From: Anaerolineae bacterium
GTDB taxonomy: Bacteria > Chloroflexota > Anaerolineae > B4-G1 > SLSP01
Length of the DNA stretch: 62,310 bases
Assembly: GCA_034429675.1 (NCBI GenBank)
Contig: DAOUFX010000184.1
Location: forward strand, 1-62,310
Reading direction: 5' to 3'
Positions 56,833 to 62,310 of the stretch are shown one piece after another (within the stretch, counting starts at the first letter, position 1; the number at the start of each line of letters is the position of its first letter). The notes under the pieces were generated by a model. The model saw nothing but the letters and a program-made list of their open reading frames with translations. It made no database searches and was not told the origin of the DNA. The position numbers were made by a program, and so were the translations under genes.

Positions 56833-58437
56833 TTACGGTTCAAGTCCGCCGAAATATTCGCGGACGTACGTGCGCAGCGCCGGTGGGTAGGCGTTGCTTG
56901 AAAGAGACGCCTCAGCATCTTCGGCGTAATCGGCGTAGACTTCGCGATACGGCACTGTGGCCGGTCCGGGAACTCCGGTTTGCGGGTCCGCCTGCCCCTG
57001 TGTTTTCTCTCGGGGAATCGTGATTTCTCCGCCACGGCCTTCCAGACGTGCAGCCTCGGCGTTTCCGTAGGGGGCGCTGCTGCCGGAGTCTTCGCTGTGG
57101 CCGCTGGTTCCTTGCCCTGATCCGTTCCCACTGTTTCCTTGCTGCCCCTGTTGGCCGCCGTTCCCTTGCTGTCCCTGCTGCCCTTGCTGCCCGCTATTCC
57201 CTTGCTGCCCGCTATTCCCTTGTTGCCCCTGTTGTCCTTGTTGCCCCTGCTGCCCTTGTTGCCCGCTGTTCTGGTTCTGTGCGGTTTGCTGGGTTCCTCC
57301 CAGTTTCTCCTGGGCTTGCTGGAGGCCGGCCTGAGCTTCTTCCAGACTTTGGTTAGGTGCATTGTCCTGGGCTGCCTGCGAAAGGGTATCCGCGGCATCC
57401 GTGAGAGCTTCTCGCGCGCCGTCGGCGTTGCCCCGGTAGATTTCCTGGGAAATATCGCGGAATTGTTGCGCCAGTTCGGGATCGCTTTGTTGCAGTTGGT
57501 CGGCGATTTGGCTGAACGCATCGGCCAGGGCGGCCACTTCCTCTGCGGTGAGCGGGCGCCCGTTGACCGGGTCGGTGAAGCTGCGAAGGTATTCGGCGGC
57601 GGCGGCGACATCGCCGCGTTGCAGCGCCTCGGTCAGCGGTTGCACGATGTCCTCCGTCGAAAGCGGGGCAGCTTCGGCCAGGTTTTGAATACGCTGCTCG
57701 CTTTCGGACGAGTGCAGCTCGGCCAGCTGGCGCTCGGCTTCGGCCAGCGCCGCTAATTGTTCTTCGGTGGTGCTGCGAGGATCACTGAGAGTTTTCAGGG
57801 CCTCGTCCAGCGCCTTGAGGGCGGCCTCGCGTTCGGCCTCGGTAAGCGGCGCTTCCGCCAACGCATCGCGGGTGGTTTCTAATTGCGTGGCCGCTTCGGC
57901 GATCATCTGTTGTTGCGCCTTGATCCGCGCCAGTTCAGCTTCTTGCGGGTTCTCAAGGAGGAGCGCCGGGACCAGGAGCAGGCTCAGCACGAGAATGGCC
58001 GTGCGGGCGATGCGCGGCAAACGCACGGGGAACGCCGTCTGCGGTTCCACCGCGCGCAACGTTGCCAACGTCTCTTCGCGCTGTAGTCTGACCAAAGCGT
58101 CCGGCGCGCTGATGCGCGCGCCGTTCAGTTCCCAGGCCGTTGTCAGCCGGTCGGCCAGCTCCAATCGCCGGTCGAAGAGGCGCAGGCGGCGCGCCGGTGA
58201 GCCGGACCAGCCGTATCCTACCGTAATCCCGACAAGGCTGCCGCCGAGCAGAATCCAGACCAGACTTAAGACGAGGTCGCTGCGATACCACAGCGGCAGA
58301 AGTCGCGCGGCGAGCGCCGCCGTCAAACTGATTCCCAACGCCGCGGCCAATCCCCAACCCAATCCGGCGACGGCGCGGTGGCGGCGCAACGCCTCGGTCA
58401 GCCGGTTGAATTCAAGCGCCAGTTCCGGGGGCATCAT
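56833..58437 (-). CDS. membrane-anchored coiled-coil protein with Gln/Gly-rich (QQG)n low-complexity tract
   Basis: Three TM-like segments in the first ~170 aa, then long Ala/Glu/Leu-rich helical regions and a QQGQQGQQG...NSGQQG array. The C-terminus is PYREVYADY...LRTYVREYFGGLEP. The ATG at 58437 forms an ATGA overlap with the upstream gene stop. The track ORF start at 58524 lies inside that gene. Confidence 0.65.
   Translation of the reverse strand: MMPPELALEFNRLTEALRRHRAVAGLGWGLAAALGISLTAALAARLLPLWYRSDLVLSLVWILLGGSLVGITVGYGWSGSPARRLRLFDRRLELADRLTTAWELNGARISAPDALVRLQREETLATLRAVEPQTAFPVRLPRIARTAILVLSLLLVPALLLENPQEAELARIKAQQQMIAEAATQLETTRDALAEAPLTEAEREAALKALDEALKTLSDPRSTTEEQLAALAEAERQLAELHSSESEQRIQNLAEAAPLSTEDIVQPLTEALQRGDVAAAAEYLRSFTDPVNGRPLTAEEVAALADAFSQIADQLQQSDPELAQQFRDISQEIYRGNADGAREALTDAADTLSQAAQDNAPNQSLEEAQAGLQQAQEKLGGTQQTAQNQNSGQQGQQGQQGQQGQQGNSGQQGNSGQQGQQGQQGNGGQQGQQGNSGNGSGQGTSGHSEDSGSSAPYGNAEAARLEGRGGEITIPREKTQGQADPQTGVPGPATVPYREVYADYAEDAEASLSSNAYPPALRTYVREYFGGLEP
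57138..57270. repeat. in-frame 9-nt-period minisatellite (CCYTGYTGY on + strand = QQG codons), including a perfect 18-bp tandem duplication
   Basis: CCCTTGCTGCCCGCTATT occurs at 57181-57198 and again at 57199-57216, read directly. It is flanked by imperfect 9-nt units. Confidence 0.85.
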
Positions 58438-59372
58438 TGACGCTCCGGTTTTCTCAGGCGCACACAAGTACGCCAAAGGAGAAAGGCGACGGTGATCAAG
58501 GTCGTTACCGTGAAGGTGATCCACGGTGAGGGCAGCCAGACGACAGTGCTGGTATGGCCGGTAGCCGCATTATGATCAATTGTAAACTCCAGGAATCCCC
58601 ATCCCTGATCCAGTCCTAGCGCTTCCGTTCCAATGGCGGCTGACAGGGGATGTAGACCGATCAGGATGACCCAACCGCATTGAAGGAAGGCATCTATCCA
58701 GAAGGGGAGGTATACCGGGTCGCCGTTACTGGCGTACATCGTGCGGTACGTCCAACTCTGATAGATACTCATAAAAATGCTGACGATAACGGCCAGGATC
58801 GGCACCAATGCGACTTGAATCCCATAATACAAAATGACGGCGGCGATGGTTTTCCGCACCAGCGAAGAGGTGAAAATGGCCCAGGCGATGTTGAGCAACA
58901 TGGTCATCGTCAACAGCAACATCGTCAGCAACAACTCCGTCGTCGTCACACTTCCGATCCAGTAGCCGGCCATCAAGAGGGGCAACGGTGAAAGCACGTA
59001 GACGGCGCCGGTCATCAGGGCCGCCCCGACTTTGCCGAAGACGATGTCTCTGGGTTTAAGCGTGGTTGTGACCAATAGCGCCAGAGTGCGGTTTTCTTTC
59101 TCGCCTGACAGCGCTCCCAGGGCGTTGATGGGCACCAGAAGTTCGGCCGTCAGAAGCAAAACGATGCCGGAAAACCAGAAGATGGCCCTTCCTTGCGTAA
59201 ACAGATCCAGAATGGAGATGTAGGAATTTGCCTCAACCCAGCTGGAGACGTCCGAAAGCAGCGTGAACGCCAGGGCCAGCAGCCCTATCACTAACAAGTA
59301 GATACTGAGCAACCAGAAAAAGCGGTTGCGACGCGCGCTACTGTAAAGATGTCGGCTCAATAAAGGATTCAT
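58434..59372 (-). CDS. ABC-2-type permease-like polytopic membrane protein (no ATPase partner in window)
   Basis: About six hydrophobic helices. The N-terminus ..RRNRFFWLLSIYLLVIGLLALAF is typical of ABC-2/GldF-like permeases, judged from memory of the family. GGAGG SD upstream. Confidence 0.55.
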   Translation of the reverse strand: MNPLLSRHLYSSARRNRFFWLLSIYLLVIGLLALAFTLLSDVSSWVEANSYISILDLFTQGRAIFWFSGIVLLLTAELLVPINALGALSGEKENRTLALLVTTTLKPRDIVFGKVGAALMTGAVYVLSPLPLLMAGYWIGSVTTTELLLTMLLLTMTMLLNIAWAIFTSSLVRKTIAAVILYYGIQVALVPILAVIVSIFMSIYQSWTYRTMYASNGDPVYLPFWIDAFLQCGWVILIGLHPLSAAIGTEALGLDQGWGFLEFTIDHNAATGHTSTVVWLPSPWITFTVTTLITVAFLLWRTCVRLRKPERQ

Positions 59373-59531
59373 AGGACCTCCGGTTTGATTATACCGTTGA
59401 GGGAACGTAAATCAAGTTCGCGCTTTTTGGAACCTTTAGCCGGGATGAGTCGTTCTCAACCGTTTTTTGGCCCGGAATGGGATACCCATCCGGAATGTGC
59501 AGTTGAAACTACGATGATAAAGGAGTGAACG

Positions 59532-60185
59532 ATGAAAAAGCTATTGGGTGTAATCTGTGTTGTCTTGTTATTGGGCGCTTGCGCGTCAGCTTCATTGCCG
59601 GCTCAGGAAGCGACTGTATTGACCCCTGGAACTTATGCACGACCAACTGCGGGAGCAGGGGAGACCGCGACTCCGGCTATGCCAACCCTGGATGCCACGG
59701 CAACCGCGTATGCGCCAGAACTGTTGGCGACGCACACACCGTCTGTGGAATTGCTTGTAACGCCTACGCCGGAACGACCGTCAGATTTGTCTACGCCTAC
59801 GCCGCCGGCGGATGCATCCTTGACGACGCCAACGGCGCCGGCGGCAGCGCCGACACAGACGCCACCGCCTTCTACACCGTGGGCAGAATCGGAGACAGTG
59901 GTTTTTCTGCGGGCGAAAGTAGCCGAAGCCTTTGGCGTGCCGTCCGCTGCTTTGACGCCGCTGCTTCTCGAATCGGCGAGCTGGCGCGATTCCAGCCTGG
60001 GCTGTCCGCAACAAGGGATGCAGTATCTTCAAGTGCTCAGTGAAGGCTGGCGTGTAGTTTTCAGTGATGAAACCGGGAAATTGTACGAAATTCATGCAAC
60101 ACAAAACCTCTCTCAGGTGGTTTTCTGCGACGAGGCTCAAATCGGCCGATTGGATGATGCCTCTGTCTCCGATACGCAAAAATAA
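59532..60185 (+). CDS. secreted lipoprotein with Pro/Thr-rich linker and C-terminal 'W-x-D-SSLGCP' domain
   Basis: MKKLLGVICVVLLLGAC|ASAS lipobox, a PT/A-rich spacer of ~100 aa, then ...SWRDSSLGCPQQGMQYLQVLSEGWRVVFSDETGKLYEIHA. AAGGAG SD upstream. Confidence 0.7.
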   Translation: MKKLLGVICVVLLLGACASASLPAQEATVLTPGTYARPTAGAGETATPAMPTLDATATAYAPELLATHTPSVELLVTPTPERPSDLSTPTPPADASLTTPTAPAAAPTQTPPPSTPWAESETVVFLRAKVAEAFGVPSAALTPLLLESASWRDSSLGCPQQGMQYLQVLSEGWRVVFSDETGKLYEIHATQNLSQVVFCDEAQIGRLDDASVSDTQK

Positions 60186-60247
60186 TGTCGGACGCGCTTG
60201 CTCATGGCAAGAAGGCGGGTATACTTTCAGGTAAGGGGTTTTGATTC

Positions 60248-60279
60248 GAAACTCCCGTTCTGGTCAGGACGGGAGTTTC
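60248..60279 (+). terminator. rho-independent terminator
   Basis: GAAACTCCCGT (60248-60258) pairs with ACGGGAGTTTC (60269-60279), followed by TTGTG. Confidence 0.6.
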
Positions 60280-60333
60280 TTGTGATAGAGCAACGACTGC
60301 TGATCTTCTCTTTGAGAGGGCTCAGGTGGAAAA

Positions 60334-60870
60334 ATGCCAATTTATGAGTATTATTGCACCCGGTGTCACGGGCGTTTCCAGCACTTAGCAAAACGTATCG
60401 GAGAGGCTGCGCCTCCTTGCCCGCGCTGCGGCAACCTCGATGTTTCCCGGCAGGTATCGGCGGCGGCGACGTTGCACACGCAGCCGCATCACACGGCGGA
60501 GCTACGCGAGGCCTCGCGCAAAGTTGACCAGGATGATTCGCAAGCTATTGCGCGCTTTTTGCAAGAATCCGGGCATTTGGCCGACGCCGACGGAGTTTAT
60601 GGCAGCAACGCTTACCGTGAGTTGTTGGCGCGGCGGGCGGAGGGTGCGACCGAGGCAGATGTCGCGGATCTGACGCCAAGTCTGTTGACGGAGATGCAAA
60701 GCAACGACGCCGCGCAGATGGCCGGCGCAGTGATGTTCTCAAAACAAGTCGAGAATCGGATGGGGGCGGAAGGCCCACCGGAGCGCCATGACCACGATGC
60801 GCAGGAGTCTCAATCTGCTGAAAAAGCGGCGCGTGTCCGCCGGCGCGCCGACAATTTGGGATGGGCCTAG
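60334..60870 (+). CDS. FmdB-family zinc-ribbon protein with long C-terminal extension
   Basis: MPIYEYYCTRCHGRFQ....(x15)..CPRCGN is the classic FmdB/CxxC_CxxC_SSSS N-terminus. The rest is low-complexity/helical. Confidence 0.75.
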   Translation: MPIYEYYCTRCHGRFQHLAKRIGEAAPPCPRCGNLDVSRQVSAAATLHTQPHHTAELREASRKVDQDDSQAIARFLQESGHLADADGVYGSNAYRELLARRAEGATEADVADLTPSLLTEMQSNDAAQMAGAVMFSKQVENRMGAEGPPERHDHDAQESQSAEKAARVRRRADNLGWA

Positions 60871-60913
60871 GCGTGTATAGGAAATTCTTAATTAGAAATC
60901 GTATGGAGGTGGC

Positions 60914-62278
60914 ATGAAAAGTCCATTTTGGCAAAACGTCAGTGATATTTTTTCACGCTTGAAAGGTGGATCGTTGGCCATCGGTATTGGCATTTGGGTT
61001 GGTGTGTTTGGCCTTGCCTTGGCGTGTGCGCTCGGAGCTTTCGATTTTTCGGGCAAGCCTTCGTCTCAGACTGTTCCAACGCCCACGAGGTCTACGCAGA
61101 AGCCGACCGGCGCGACCGCGACCCCGACAGTTGGGTTCTCCTTGCCCACGCCGACGCCCAAGAGCGTCATTACTCCCACGGCGCAACCTACGTATCCTGC
61201 CCTACCGTGGGAATTCGGCTATGGCATCGCCGCACACACGCTCACTATGCCTGACTACACTCTGGATCAGATTTCCAAGCAATTGAAATTGCCCTGGGTC
61301 AAACAACAAGTGCGTTGGGATCACTTTTCAGGCGCCAGGGGGCAGATGGACTGGAGTGGGTATGATGTCACGGTTGAGTTTGCCAATGAGCGTGGTATGA
61401 AAGTAATGTTCAGTATCGTTGGCGCTCCTCAATGGTCGCGCACCTATTTCGACGATAATCCTCAGGCCGCGCCGCCTGACGACTATACGCTCTTCGTTGA
61501 ATTCTTGGGTGAACTGGTGGATCGTTATAAGGGAAGAATTCACGCGATTGAGGTGTGGAATGAGCAAAACCTGGATCGCGAATGGGATACAGCGGAAGGC
61601 GTGAAGGCGTCGGCTTATGTGGAGCTGTTGCGGTTGTCGTATCAGACGATCAAGAGCCGCGATCCCGGTATTATCATCATCAGTGGCGCGCTTTCGCCGG
61701 TTGGCGCTTCGGCAAATGATCCGGCGAATCCCAACCGGGTGATCTATATGGACGACTTTGCGTATTTCCAGCAGATGATTGACGCCGGCTTCCTGAACTA
61801 TGCCGATTGTGTGGGGGCGCATCACAATGGGATCAATATGCCTCCCGATGTAGCGTGGAACGAGGGTTACAATGATACTACGGCGCAGTTCCGCGGCCCT
61901 TTCGATAACCCTGACCATTCGTGGTCTTTCAAAAGCACGTTGTGGGGCTATCACGATATGATCAAGGCCGCCGGGCGCGATACACCGTTGTGTGTGACCG
62001 AGTTCGGTTGGGCCACATCTGAGGGATTTGAAGGCTATCCCCCCGGTTTTGAGTTTGCGATGGACAACACGTTGGCTGAACAGGCCGAGTGGGATGTGCA
62101 GGCGTTCCAGTTGATGCGCGAATGGGGATTTGTCCATCTGGCCTTCTTGTGGAATCTGGATTATTCCTACAAAGGCGGCCAGGTGACCGATCCGAATGCG
62201 CCTTACAGTATTCTCGATATGAAGGGCGCGGCGCGGCCTGCTTACGATGCAATCGCCAATATGTCCAAGGTACCTTAG
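60914..62278 (+). CDS. membrane-anchored glycoside hydrolase, clan GH-A (GH5-like TIM barrel)
   Basis: N-terminal TM segment (LAIGIGIWVGVFGLALACAL) and a PT-rich linker. Acid/base motif IEVWNEQN and nucleophile motif CVTEFGW. Confidence 0.65.
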   Translation: MKSPFWQNVSDIFSRLKGGSLAIGIGIWVGVFGLALACALGAFDFSGKPSSQTVPTPTRSTQKPTGATATPTVGFSLPTPTPKSVITPTAQPTYPALPWEFGYGIAAHTLTMPDYTLDQISKQLKLPWVKQQVRWDHFSGARGQMDWSGYDVTVEFANERGMKVMFSIVGAPQWSRTYFDDNPQAAPPDDYTLFVEFLGELVDRYKGRIHAIEVWNEQNLDREWDTAEGVKASAYVELLRLSYQTIKSRDPGIIIISGALSPVGASANDPANPNRVIYMDDFAYFQQMIDAGFLNYADCVGAHHNGINMPPDVAWNEGYNDTTAQFRGPFDNPDHSWSFKSTLWGYHDMIKAAGRDTPLCVTEFGWATSEGFEGYPPGFEFAMDNTLAEQAEWDVQAFQLMREWGFVHLAFLWNLDYSYKGGQVTDPNAPYSILDMKGAARPAYDAIANMSKVP

Positions 62279-62310
62279 ACCAATAAAAAGGGGAAAGTGG
62301 GAGTTTGGGG

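Noticed and set aside
57138-57270. Considered whether the periodic repeat could be a CRISPR array or another non-coding repeat element.
   Set aside because: The period is 9 nt with no unique spacers. It is in frame within a long ORF and encodes a QQG tract. No cas genes or leader are present.
59525-60043. 172-aa ORF overlapping the lipoprotein gene in another frame.
   Set aside because: The lipoprotein frame has an SD, a signal peptide and a lipobox. The alternative frame is Gly/Ala/Cys/Arg-rich noise from GC-rich PT-linker codons.

Overview
About 62 kb of bacterial chromosome. Gene content and several protein signatures look Chloroflexota-like, but that assignment is inference only. I saw no rRNA, tRNA, CRISPR array, transposase, integrase or obvious defence island.

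Layout:
- 0-10.4 kb, accessory-looking block: a small LLRLW-motif protein, a lipoprotein, a 1184-aa SARP/NB-ARC/TPR regulator, a flavodoxin-GNAT(YoaP)-hydrolase operon, two tandem signal peptidase I paralogs and a YgiT-type Zn-finger ORF.
- 10.6-34.7 kb, + strand: rpoB with its own promoter and no rpoC, then rpsL-rpsG-fusA-tuf and a contiguous S10/spc/alpha ribosomal-protein cluster. The cluster includes an unlisted rpmJ at 29966-30079 and lacks adk/map/infA. It ends with truA-rplM-rpsI and a clean terminator.
- 34.9-41.4 kb: yabN/mazG fusion, trxA, two tandem LysM-M23 peptidases, lysS and greA.
- 41.7-45.6 kb, - strand: a GAF histidine kinase, a REC-CpaE/ParA-like ATPase and dnaA, with no dnaN.
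- 45.6-46.0 kb: an AT-rich non-coding stretch with degenerate DnaA boxes.
- 46.0-52.9 kb, - strand: a membrane protein, nth, a Nudix hydrolase, a double-REC LuxR regulator, a triple-GAF kinase and glnA.
- 53.1-62.3 kb: a 1244-aa glnE divergent from glnA, a QG-repeat membrane protein coupled to an ABC-2-like permease, a lipoprotein, an FmdB Zn-ribbon protein and a GH-A glycosidase.

Most unusual observations:
1. GlnE carries what look like GlnD-type tandem ACT domains between its two nucleotidyltransferase halves.
2. A phospho-receiver fused to a ParA/CpaE-type ATPase with a Lys-less P-loop sits next to dnaA with its own kinase and no pilus genes.
3. The str-operon EF-Tu has a rewritten switch-I loop, while the adjacent EF-G is canonical.
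4. The rpoB/r-protein cluster shows lineage-specific insertions and gene-order breaks.

All functional interpretations are inference from motifs read by eye. No database search was run.
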